From Macrostomum lignano (taxonomy: Eukaryota), in assembly GCA_002269645.1 (NCBI GenBank), contig NIVC01000067.1, positions 248,001-312,000 on the forward strand: 64,000 nucleotides of DNA, read 5' to 3'. Below the pieces are notes generated by a model. The model was not told where the DNA came from. It searched no databases and saw only the letters and a list, made by a program, of their open reading frames with translations. Positions 39,151-51,600 of the stretch are shown here, one piece after another; position 1 is the first letter of the stretch, and every line of letters starts with the position of its first letter. The position numbers and the translations under genes were made by a program.

Positions 39151-42100
39151 TCACTCCCCGGGAACCTCGGTTTGCCTCGGTGCCACAGCGCATGGCTCCC
39201 TGTAGCTGCCGCACTGCCAGTTGCCCCTGTCGTTCTTCGGCTTCAAGCAGATGAAGCAGAACTCTTGGTCGCAGACGCACTTCATGTGCTTGCAGGCGGT
39301 CACGTGCTCGATGATCATGCCGCACTTGATGCAGGCGCGGCGGCCGGGCACGTCTGGAGACGAGATTATGGTTATAAAAATTGCACTTTAACGCTACTTT
39401 AACGAGTCTGTTGTTATTCCATGAGAATTTCGAATGGCACAGGTTTAGGTTTATAAAGAATTGCTAATTGCCCCGGTGACCTACCGGGCACGCCGACGAT
39501 CGTCTTGACCTTCGCCGCGGCCAGAATGGCGATCCGAGGGTCCTTGCCCGAGCAGATGTCGTTGCCGCACTTGGTCGTGCCCGGGGTGCGCCACTTGTTC
39601 AAGCAGTACCAGCAGAACTCGAACAGCCGCCCCTTGTCCGGCTCCGAGCACACCGGACAGATCATTCGGCGATCGCGACCGCTGCGGCGCTGGCAGAACG
39701 ACCTGCAGCCTGGGCACTCCTGCGGGGTTGAGAGCGAGTCTGAGTGTGTTAGTGTCTATCTGTCTGTCCGGGTGTCCATCTGTCTGTCTGTCTGTCCGGG
39801 TGTCCATCTGTCTGTCTGTCTGTCCGGGTGTCCATCTGTTTGTCTGGGTGTGTTAGTGTCTATCTGTCTGTCCGGGTGTCCATCTGTCTGTCTGTCTTTC
39901 CGGGTGTCCATCTGTCTGTCTGTCTGTCCGGGTGTCCATCTGTCTATCTGTCTGTCCGGGTGTCCATCTGTCTGTCTGTCTGTCCGGGTGTCCATCTGTC
40001 TGTCTGAGTGTGTTAGTGTCTATCTGTCTGTCCGGGTGTCCATCTGTCTGTCTGTCTGTCCGGGTGTCCATCTGTCTATCTGTCTGTCCGGGTGTCCATC
40101 TGTCTGTCTGTCTGTCCGGGTGTCCATCTGTCTGTCTGTCTGTCCGGGTGTCTATCTGTCTGTCTGGGTGTGTTAGTGTCTATCTGTCTGTCCGGGTGTC
40201 CATCTGTCTGTCTGTCTGTCCGGGTGTCCATCTGTCTGTCTGGGTGTGTTAGTGTCTATCTGTCTGTCCGGGTGTCCATCTGTCTGTCTGTCTGTCCGGG
40301 TGTCCATCTGTCTGTCTGAGTGTGTTAGTGTCTATCTGTCTGTCCGGGTGTCCATCTGTCTGTCTGTCTGTCCGGGTGTCCATCTGTCTGTCTGAGTGTG
40401 TTAGTGTCTATCTGTCTGTCCGGGTGTCCATCTGTCTTTCTGGGTGTCTCAGTGTCCATCTGTCTGTCTAAGTGTCTCAGTGTCCATCTGTCTGAATGCC
40501 TTAGTGCCCATCTATTTGGATGTCTTAGTGTCCATTTGGAAGTCTTAGTGTCCATTTGGATGTCTTAGTGTCCATCTGGGTGTCTTAGTGTCCATTTGGG
40601 TGTCTTAGTGTCCATTTGGATGTTTTAGTGTCCATTTGGGTGTCTTAGTGTCCATTTGGATGTCTTAGTATCCATTTGGGTGTCTTAGTGTCCATTTGGG
40701 TGTCTTAGTGTCCATTTGGGTGTCTTAGTGTCCATTTGAGTGTCTTAGTGTCCATTTGGGTGTCTTAGTGTCCATTTGGGTGTCTTAGTGTCCATTTGGG
40801 TGTCTTAGTGTCCATCTGGGTGTCTTAGTGTCCATTTGGGTGTCTTAGTGTCCATTTGGAAGTCTTAGTATCCATTTGGATGTCTTAGTGTCCATCTGGG
40901 TGTCTTAGTGTCCATTTGGGTGTCTTAGTGTCCATTTGGATGTTTTAGTGTCCATTTGGGTGTCTTAGTGTCCATTTGGATGTCTTAGTATCCATTTGGG
41001 TGTCTTAGTGTCCATTTGGGTGTCTTAGTGTCCATTTGGGTGTCTTAGTGTCCATTTGAGTGTCTTAGTGTCCATTTGGATGTCTTAGTATCCATTTGGA
41101 TGTCTTAGTGTCCATTTGGAAGTCTTAGTGTCCATCTGGGTGTCTTAGTGTCCATTTGGATGTCTGGGTGTCTGGTTGTCTGTCTGTGTGTTTTTGTACC
41201 TTTTGTAGCGTTTCTCTGCCATTACTTACCTGAATATTGACCGTCCGTCGCAGGTAGTTCTCAGAGATTTTGCGCTCAAACTCGCGCTTCTCAGCGTCGG
41301 TGAGCACGGCCAGCCGTCGCACGATCACGAAGTCCCACTCGGCGGGGCAGCCGACGCCCGCGTTGGCGGGGTCCACCCAGGGGCAGAGGAACCGGTAGCG
41401 CCCTGTGTCCAGCAGACTGTGGCAATAGCTGGTGAGGCTGTCCGGGCCGATGGCGTGGCCGCAGGGCATCTTCGCCCGCTTGCCGTCCTTGTCATCGTCC
41501 CAGGTGATCATGTCCGGCAGGTCGGTGAGCTCAACGCAGTCGTCTAGCTCCTGTGAGCACACAATTTTTCCTGGTCCGTGAGATTCTCTGGCTAGAACTT
41601 TTCTACCTTCTCTCAACAGGATTCCCCCACCGGGATTCTGCCACCGGGATTCTCCCACCGGGATTCTGCCACCGGGATTCTCCCACAGGGATTCTCCTAA
41701 CGGGATTCTGCCACCCGGATTCTGCCACCGGAGTTATCGCACCGGGATTCTCCCAACCGGAGTTATCCCACCGGGATTCTCCCACCGGAGTTATCCCACC
41801 GGGTTCTCCCACCGGGATTCTCCCACCGGAGTTATCCCACCGGGATTCTCCCACCTGAATTTTCCTACCGAGATTCTCCCTTTGGCACGTGGCGTCGGAG
41901 GGTGCTCTCGCTTCGCAGTGAACTCACCTTGGATCCGCCGTGCAGACGCAGCACCATGAAGAGATTGGAGTGATTCTCCAGGTGAAACTCGGTCAGGTGC
42001 TTGTCCTTGTGCTGCTCAAAGTCGATAGTCTTGCTCACGTAGACCATCTGGTAGGCACCCGGCTTGAGTCCTGTCTTATCCTCCAGCTTGCGAAACAGAT

Positions 42101-43135
42101 CCTTGATCTGGGCATCCTGCGCAAGAGCGGCGCGGTGGGTGTGGAATGTATCGTACCGGCGGTACCGGTATTGGATCGAAATGAATGTAGCAGGGCGGGG
42201 TTACTGCAGCTGAAGGAGAGGAGGGGGCCCAGCTGAAAGGGAGGGGGTCCAGCTGAAGGAGAGGAGGGGGCCCAGCTGAAAGGGAGGGGGTCCAGCTGAA
42301 GGAGAGGGGGTCCAGCTGAAGGAGAGGGGGTCCAGCTGAAGGAGAGGGGGTCCGGCTGAAGGAGAGGGGGTCCGGCTGAAGGAGAGGAGGGGGTCCAGCT
42401 GAAGGAGGGAAGGGGTCCAGCTGAAGGAGAGGAGGGGGTCCAGCTGAAGGAGGGAAGGGGTCCAGCTGAAGGAGAGGAGGGGGTCCAGCTGAAGGAGAGG
42501 AGGGGGTCCAGCTGAAGGAGAGGAGGGGGTCCAGCTGAAGGAGAGGAGGGGGTCCAGCTGAAGGAGAGGAGGGGGTCCAGCTGAAGGAGAGGAGGGGGTC
42601 CAGCTGAAGGAGAGGAGGGGGTCCAGCTGAAGGAGAGGAGGGGGTCCAGCTGAAGGAGAGGAGGGGGTCCAGCTGAAGGAGAGGAGGGGGTCCAGCTGAA
42701 GGAGAGGAGGGGGTCCAGCTGAAGGAGAGGAGGGGGTCCAGCTGAAGGAGAGGAGGGGGTCCAGCTGAAGGAGAGGAGGGAGTCCAGCTGAAGGAGAGGA
42801 GGGAGTCCAGCTGAAGGAGAGGAGGGGGTCCAGCTGAAGGAGAGGAGGGGGTCCAGCTGAAGGAGAGGAGGGGGTCCAGCTGAAGGAGAGGAGGGGGTCC
42901 AGCTGAAGGAGAGGAGGGGGTCCAGCTGAAGGAGAGGAGGGGGTCCAGCTGAAGGAGAGGAGGGAGTCCAGCTGAAGGAGAGGAGGGCGTCCAGCTGAAT
43001 GAGGGAAGGGGTCCAGCTGAAGGACAAAAACAGTATAAAAGTACATGTAGAGCCTAGCAAGCTCACCTTGTGAATATCTATAGTCGTGGTGTTGCCTTTG
43101 AAGCCGCGGACAAACAGTTGAATCAAATTTTCCAT
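39151..43135 (-). CDS. Ubiquitin-like domain + degenerate RING1 + IBR + Rcat (RBR-type E3 ligase), copy B, ~338 aa; exons 43135-43067, 42116-41928, 41550-41230, 39719-39485, 39353-39151
   Basis: Same exon/phase structure as copy A. Ubl MENLIQLFVRGFKGNTTTIDIHKDAQIKDLF...NLFMVLRLHGG; Rcat CIKC...ACKHMKCVCDQEFCFIC; AATAAA at 39115-39110 downstream of the stop. Confidence 0.88.
39740..41165. repeat. Compound array in RBR copy B intron 3: TCTG-derived ~24-mer grading into the 20-mer GTGTCTTAGTGTCCATTTGG
   Basis: Direct inspection. Confidence 0.9.
41620..41870. repeat. 14/15-bp repeat (GGATTCTCCCACCG) in RBR copy B intron 2
   Basis: Direct inspection. Confidence 0.85.
42200..43020. repeat. 23-bp minisatellite (CAGCTGAAGGAGAGGAGGGGGTC) in RBR copy B intron 1
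   Basis: Direct tandem repetition. Confidence 0.92.
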
Positions 43136-43160
43136 TTGAAGTGTTGGAGATCAAAGTAAA

Positions 43161-43170
43161 CTATTTATCC
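43161..43170 (-). promoter_or_regulatory. TATA-like element GGATAAATAG upstream of RBR copy B
   Basis: Ends ~26 nt upstream of the ATG; same core as the element at 57596-57606. Confidence 0.25.
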
Positions 43171-43574
43171 GGCTCAAACCAGGAACCAAACGAGGCCTAA
43201 TCCAATTTGGCCACAACCAAGGCATACGAATATAAACCAGTTTTAAGAGTGTTGTAACAAGGTAATAAGATTGTACAGTGCAAGACAGTATTTACATGTA
43301 TGTACACATAAGCTAAAAATAGAACTTGTACTTAGCAAAGTTATGCACAATTCTAGCCTATTATTAAACAAAATTGAATCATACGATATTTTTTCCGCGA
43401 ATTCGTGTCCTCGGTATTTCCAAGAAAACTGCAAAATAGCCCGATTCAGCCAAGTATTGCCCAAAATAAAGTACAAACCTGTTTTATGTTCCTAACCTGT
43501 TGCCATGGGAAACTGTTGAGGTCTAGATCTTGCTATTCTCTCACAGCCCCTCCATGTTAGCTCAAAGCCGAACC

Positions 43575-43825
43575 AATTCTCCCACAGCCTAGCCAATTCT
43601 CTCACAACCTACCCAATTCTCTCACAGCCTACCCAATTCTCTCACAACCTACCCAATTCTCTCACAACCTACCCAATTCTCTCACAGCCTACCCAATTCT
43701 CTCACAACCTACCCAATTCTCTCACAGCCTACCCAATTCTCTCACAACCTACCCAATTCTCTCACAGCCTACCCAATTCTCTCACAACCTACCCAATTCT
43801 CTCACAACCTACCCAATTCTCTCCC
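43575..43825. repeat. 20-bp minisatellite (ACCCAATTCTCTCACAACCT)
   Basis: Direct tandem repetition. Confidence 0.9.
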
Positions 43826-45289
43826 AGAATCAGAGTCAGATCTCAGGTCTATAATGAAAGCAGAAACATTAATAAGACCCAGCTAGAATTCACAGAATAA
43901 ATAATAATATTATAATACAGATTTATTATTAAACTATGCGTAAAGCAAGTGAACTTGCCGCTGGTTGCCAGTTGCATCAATGTATTATTATTTTGAAATA
44001 ATTTTTCACTGGCTACACATACGACTATAGTAATATAATGGGAGCATAGCCATATAATAACCTTACTAAAACAGCATTTTTATGGAGTTATTAAACAACA
44101 GGTTTGCAGCATCAAACGCAGTAATAGTACATTTAATAAAAGTAAAGACGGCTATTAAACCATAAAAAACAGCTATCTTTCTATAAGAATAGACCCCTAA
44201 AAAATAAAGTCTGAGTGTGCTTGCGCAGAGGATAGACAACAATATTAATAAATAATAAATAAACTACTGTCTAATTTCAACCGAAATATTTGACAATAGA
44301 AACATTTCCACTATCCTACTTCAAGTAGGCTAAGTGCGCGCTATTTTATAAAGTTTACTGATATTTTGGAATCTCTTTTATTACTAATAGTAGGTTGACG
44401 GGGATTTTGCAACTAAAAGAAAGAACAAAAACAATAAACCTCTTTTAGCTTCGTAGCGAGGGTTTCAGAATCCGGCCCTACAAGGCCTGGGAAAAAGTTG
44501 AAATTTAAAACAATAAGAAAACTGCATAGAAAATATTCATTACTTATTAGCACAGATAATACATATGCCTAGATTTGTCACTTCACCAAATTTAATTGAC
44601 GCACTACTCTTAGGTCCAGATGTAAGTAGTACAAACTCAACGAAATAGTTAATTTCAGCCAGATTTGCATCAGCGGACGGTGTCTAGACCCCAGTCATTA
44701 AAAAACCCATGTACAAATACATAGTTTTTTCTCTTTCCAATTTAATTTAACGCACCGATGAGAATTTATCTTTGCACACGCAAATTCTACTACTGACCTG
44801 AGAGTAGTAACTCTCAAGAGAGTGACTAACAATCTAAGTTATATATTATCTATGCTTATTACGAAGAATTGATAGGCATACGAGCTACAAAAGAAAGCAA
44901 CACATTACGCAAGTACGGAAACAATTATTACTTAAAAACGAATCTTCTCGCAACGAGAGCTTAAGAAAGCTTTAATTTGGTTCGAAGCGAACAAGCGTCA
45001 ATCAACAAGGGGATGGGGGTATTAATTGGTAATTCAATTGAAAAGTTGCGGGGCATTGAGAGTCCGTTGTTCAACTCAGCTCAACTCAGCTGACTGTCTG
45101 TCTATTGGTTGGCTGCTCGCAATCTGAAATGATCCGTTGTTATTAGTTGCTAATTATTTAAGGGCATTTTATTCAGTCTGATAACATTGTAATGCCATAT
45201 CAATTATATCAGAACTCTTAATCTTACAGAAAAACTCTGTAGATTACTTTATCTGTACTAGCTAATAAAATTATAAATAATAAATATTT

Positions 45290-46000
45290 CTTTAAATCCC
45301 ACACTAATCCTTAAAATCCCACACTAATCTTTAAAATCCCACACTAGTCTTTAAAATTCCCACACTAATCCTTAAAATTCCCACACTAATTTATAAAATC
45401 CCACACTAATTTATAAAATCCCACACTAATTTATAAAATCCCACACTAATTTATAAAATCCCACACTAATTTATAAAATCCCACACTAATTTATAAAATC
45501 CCACATTAATTTATAAAACTCCACACGAATCCTTAAAATTCCCACACTAATTTATAAAATCCCACACTAATTTATAAAATCCCACACGAATCCTTAAAAT
45601 CCCACACTAATCCTTATACACTAATTTATAAAATCCCACACGAATCCTTATACACTAATTTATAAAATCCTACACTAATCCTTATACACTAATTTATAAA
45701 ATCCTACACGAATCCTTAAAATCCCACACGAATTCTTAAAATCTCACACTAACCCTTAAAATCCCACACGAATCCTTAAAATCCCACACGAATCCTTAAA
45801 TTCCCAAACTATTCCTAAAAATTCCACACTAATCCTGAAAATCCCATACTAATCCTGAAAATCCCACACTAATCCTTAAATTCCCACACTAATCCTTAAA
45901 TTCCCACACTAATCCTGAAAATCCCACACTAATCCTTAAATTCCCACACTAATCCTTAAATTCCCACACTAATCCTTAAAATCCCACACTAACCCTTATA
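45290..46000. repeat. 20-22-bp AT-rich minisatellite (AAAATCCCACACTAAT core) immediately 3' of the CK1alpha stop
   Basis: Direct inspection. Confidence 0.88.
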
Positions 46001-46085
46001 ATCTTGACCTTATTCTACATCGCAAAAGAGCAACCCAAGCCGCTGAATCTAGCACTGGGTTAAAAACCTACACAGAGCCCGAACG

Positions 46086-48389
46086 TCACTGAGCGGCGCC
46101 CGAAGCGGAGGCGGCGGTGGCGGCTGCGCTGCTCCGCTGTTTGAGCAGAGTCCAGTCAAAGGTGTAGTCGAACTGGTGATTGAGAGTGCGGAACAGGATC
46201 CGGAAGAGCTGTCTGAGGTACATATAGTCGGGAGCCTCCTCGAATCGAAGGCCGCGGCAATAGTTCAAGTACATGGTGAACTCGGCCGGGAAGCCTTTGC
46301 ACAGGGACTCGACTGGCGTTGACATCTTCTTCTCGCTGATCTTCTGGTACTTCTGCTTCTTGGTGTTGGCCTGCGGTTGGGAGTTATGGGAATTGAGGCT
46401 TTGGGATTGGGAATTAAGATAGTATATAGTGATGAACTGTGAGACATAAGCTATGAGCCGGGATTTATGAGCTATGATTTATTACCAATGATCATGGATT
46501 AATGAACTATGACCATAGATCTATGAGCTATGACCATGGATTTATGACCAATGACCATGGATTTATGACCAATGATCATGGATTAATAAACTATGACCAT
46601 AGATCTATGAGCTTTGACCATACATTTATGAGCTATGATCATAGATCTATGAGCTATGACCATGGATTTATGACCAATGACCATGGATTTATGACCAATG
46701 ACCATGGATTTATGACCAATGATCATGGATTAATGAACTATGACCATAGATCTATGAGCTATGACCATGGATTTATGACCAATGACCATGGATTTATGAC
46801 CAATGATCATGGATTAATAAACTATGACCATAGATCTATGAGCTTTGACCATACATTTATGAGCTATGATCATAGATCTATGAGCTATGACCATGGATTT
46901 ATGACCAATGACCATGGATTTATGACCAATGACCATGGATTTATGACCAATGATCATGGATTAATAAACTATGACCATAGATCTATGAGCTTTGACCATA
47001 CATTTATGAGCTATGATCATAGATCTATGAGCTATGACCATGGATTTATGACCAATGACCATGGATTTATGACCAATGACCATGGATTTATGACCAATGA
47101 TCATGGATTAATAAACTATGACCATAGATCTATGAGCTTTGACCATACATTTATGAGCTATGATCATAGATCTATGAGCTATGACCATGGGTTTTCTAGC
47201 CATGACCATAGATAAAAGCTATGAGCAATGGAGATGAGCAATAATCGGTGAATATGAAGCAACGTAGATGAATGAAACAAAGCCGCAAAGGATTTCACCT
47301 GCAGTCCCTGCCACGGTAGCGAGCCCCTATTAAAGTACATCAGCACGTAGCCAAGCGCTTCCATGTCATCGCGTCTGGACTGTTCGATGCCCAGGTGAGC
47401 ATTGATTGAAGCGTAGCGGGCCGTGCCAGTGAGGTTTTTGTCCTCGCTGCGGGAATTGAGTTCGGGACATTTTATACCAGACTAATCCATTAATCATTTT
47501 TAAATAACAGATCTCTTGATGACTAATCATATGCTCACCGGTAAGGGATGTGCTTTCCGGAACGACTATCGCGAAACTTTTTAGCCAATCCGAAGTCAAT
47601 GATGAACACCTGGCGCGGGCGGGCGGAAATCGATTTATAGGATTTCTTAGTTAAGGGATTAAGATTCTTCAATGGGAATAAGGAATTCGGATTATTGGGT
47701 TGGGACTTGGATTATTGCATTGGGGATTTGGGTTATTGGGTTTGGGATTTGGATTATTGGGTTAAGGACTTGGATTATTGCATTGGGGATTTGGGTTATT
47801 GGGTTGAGGATTTGGATTATTGGGTTGGGGATTTGGGTTATTGGGTTGGGGATTTGGATTATTGTGTTGGGGATTTGGGTTATTGGGTTGGGGATTTGGA
47901 TTATTGTGTTGGGGATTTGGGTTATTGGGTTGGGGATTTGGATTATTGTGTTGGGGATTTGGATTATTGGGTTGGGGATTTGGATTATTGTGTTGGGGAT
48001 TTGGATAATTGGGTTGGGGATTGGGATTTTTGGTTAAGGATTGGGGATAATTAAGCTGGGGAATGGGATTATTTGCACCCTCAGACTCACCTTGTTGCAG
48101 TGACGCCCGATTCCCATGAGGAAGTTGTCCGGCTTGATGTCGCGGTGAATGAAGTTTTTGTTGTGCACGTACTCGATGCGGTTGATCATCTGGTCGGCCA
48201 GCATCAGCACGGTCTTCATAGTGAACCGGCGAGAGCAGAAGCTGAACAGGTCCTCCAGGCTGGGGCCCAGCAGGTCCATCACCAGCACGTTGTAGTCCTT
48301 CTCTACACCGAACCAGCTGCGTGGGCGGGGAGACAGAGTGGGCACGGGTTCAGGACAATGGACAGGAAGTGTCAGGCAGACAGACAGAC

Positions 48390-48424
<35 letters not shown>

Positions 48425-48443
48425 GTCAAACAGACAGACAGAC

Positions 48444-48499
<56 letters not shown>

Positions 48500-48608
48500 G
48501 ACAGACAGACAGACAGACAGACAGAAGGACAGACAGAAGGACAGACAGACAGACAGACAGGACAGACAGACAGACAGACAGACAGAAGGACAGACAGACA
48601 GACAGAAG

Positions 48609-48682
<74 letters not shown>

Positions 48683-51600
48683 AGGACAGACAGACAGACA
48701 GCACAACAGCGCCAAGATCCCTCAGACTCACCGCACATGTGGAATGCCAATGCCGCCCTGCAGCAGCTTGTACAGTTTGCTTTCATACAGAAGCTGCGGA
48801 TGGCGCGCCTTCTGACTCTCCAGTTTTACAGCAATTTCCTTAGAAATAAAAAGAAGACACGCGTGTACTTTGTTGAGTTATATAAAACAGTCAATATAAA
48901 AAGATATAAATGCATATATTGTTTTATTTTAGATAAATTTCTAACAAATAAACCAGTATATGTTTGCATATTCGAAATAAGAAATAAGTGTATTATGTGT
49001 AATCTGAAAAAAAAACATTTACTTGGAAATGCATTTTGTAACCTTCTTAAGCATACTAAGCATATATTAGCAACCTAAAATATGGCCTAAAACCTAAAAT
49101 CATAGCACTATAGAATATGAGCTAATACTTTTATCTTTAACAATGTTCTTATACTAAAGCATTAAGCACTAGCTTTGCATGTAACTGTTCTGAATTTCAT
49201 GCCATATTAAGACAATAGTTCTAGGTTCATTATTATAATGGATATTTATTTAGGATATTATATTAGAGATTTGCAATTTATCTACAAAGCTGTTTGTTAA
49301 TGACTTTGCAGCCTCTAATACCGAATTTCAATCTTTGTTCAACTGCACATATAGAGCATTAACAATCGAACTACTTTAATAATGATTATTAGAATTCCTA
49401 GGATTTTAGGACCTCTACTGAGTAATTCCAAAGTAGACAATTTCAAAGAAATGGAAATCTCTAGATTACACCTAAACTAATAGAGCTATGAAATGCTATG
49501 AAAATGCTATTTTATAAGAAATATCTATCCACAAGAAGCCTATATATGATTATAGACTGATTTCTAATTGCCAAATAAGAGTTTTATAGCTTTTTGTTTA
49601 AATTACCTAAATTAGCTTACACAAAAATTCATAACTTAGACTTATTATTACTAGCCATTACTTTTAGCCTTTGGGTAGAAACTCAACTTAGGCTTTAAAA
49701 ATGGACCCCAAGTAACCTATAAGAAAGGTTTCCTATAAAAAGAAAAGTAATAAAAAAGTTACAAAACTTTTTGCATTTAAAATTTTCAACATTTTTGTAA
49801 AATATTTTGCCTATTAAGCATTATAATCATTTTTGCTCACAAACTTATTCTTTATAAATATTTCCAACAAGTTTTTACTATTTTTTAACTAATAGGCCTA
49901 TCTATGTCCAATCCAAAGTTAGGAAACACTGCTCTATGCACCATATACTGGAACTACACCTTTTTGCATTATTTTTTGATAAAACTACATTCAATTTCGG
50001 CAAACTGGATTTCATTTTTGGCATCAGCTATGGCCGCACATCTACATTGCATTCAAATTTGACAAACCAAAAACCAATTTTGACAAACTGCATTAAATTT
50101 TAGCAACTCAAGTTTCTATTTAGACAAACTGATATTCAAATTCAGCAAACTGGATTCAATTTTGGCATTGTATATTCAATTTTGGCAGCCTTTGAAAAAG
50201 GGCCTTTATTGTTGCAATGCTTCTTTAATAATTTCTGACATATTATATCATAAAAACATTTGTTTTTTGGTGTAAATTTGAATTTACAATGTAAGAAATC
50301 ACTTTTTTGGTCTATTGTATAATAGATTTAAGAGTGTGATGAAATGGCACAAATTTACAATAGTGAACTATTGTGATGCACTAGATTTTATATGCCAAGC
50401 ATATTTTCAGGTCTATTATACACTAGAAAAATCTAGCATATATATAAAGATTTAGGAATACAGTATTAACAAAAATATTTAGAGGAAAATGAAAAATTAT
50501 AACATAATATAAACTAATAATATATAAATTTTTCTTTCTATGACTACTATAGTTTAGATTGTATATTAGTGTATGCCAGGTTAAATGCCAAAAAATGATG
50601 AGACCTTATTTGTATGCTGGGTTTGTGTGCTAATATAAAAAAATTGTCATTTGACACAATGTATCTACTATTATGTATATTGCAATATACCTTGATATAT
50701 ACTGAAAAATGGTAAGACCCTTGTTGTATGCCGGGAAATCCTAGCGTACATGTATAAAGATAGTAATCAACTGTCATTTAGGGACTATTGTAGGAACTAT
50801 TAGGAATAGGACTTAGGGTTTAGGCTAAGAAATTAGGGAATTGTATTGTTATCAAAGTGTGGTGGAGTATAGCAGTTGTGGATAGCTGCACTCTTACAAA
50901 AAGCTACAAGCGCTTAAAGATAACAGTGCTGTGCAAAGGGCAAGTGTAGGCCACCCTAAAAGTCTGCTTCCACTTTAAAGGGGTTGTATGCTTTTATGTG
51001 GGGTGGGGTTGTATGCCTTTATCAATTACATTTTTAAATAAAGACATTTAAGAAGTTGCATAAGAGTGGGAAACTATGAGAATTGGCCAGAATAGAATTG
51101 AAATGATATCTAGAAGATATGGGAAGTGACAATGCAGATAGTTTCACAGGGACTTCATTGGGAAAATTTACTATAAATAAGCAAGGGATTAAACGTCTAA
51201 TCTTTATTTATTTTACTCTCTTTATACTAACTTTTGAATTGCTTAAACAACTAGTTTGCCAAATTATGCCAATTGCTTCTGCAAAAACTAGCTATGAATA
51301 GAGGCTAAGACTAAGCACTGCCATGACTATAGATTTATGAAGCTTAGCTTAGTTATACCATAGTGTCTCAGACTTATTCTCCCAGCTTGTAGCTTGCTTA
51401 TTTATATAAACATTAAAAATACAGTTATTAAATATAAAATTCTATGCTTAATTAGAAAATACCATCTAGGAGTATTCTACCTTGTTTGAGTTATTATTAC
51501 TCATATGTTAGACTCTAGTTAGTGGCTGGCTAGACCCTTATAACATGTCACTTCCTAACCTATGGTATAACTATAATATAAATATTTTTTCTTTTAGCTT

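Noticed and set aside
34907-39205. 1432-aa ORF and overlapping minus-strand ORFs (MGAEIGDLWE.., GICGRWELRL..)
   Set aside because: These are translations of a stop-free 30-bp minisatellite that is open in several frames on both strands.
31594-43135. Calling the Ubl-RBR genes parkin or ariadne
   Set aside because: They lack Parkin RING0/UPD and the Ariadne domain, RING1 is degenerate, and the Ubl ends in di-Gly; no symbol assigned.
46502-47215. His/Asp-rich MTNDHGF ORF
   Set aside because: Antisense reading of an intronic CK1alpha array.
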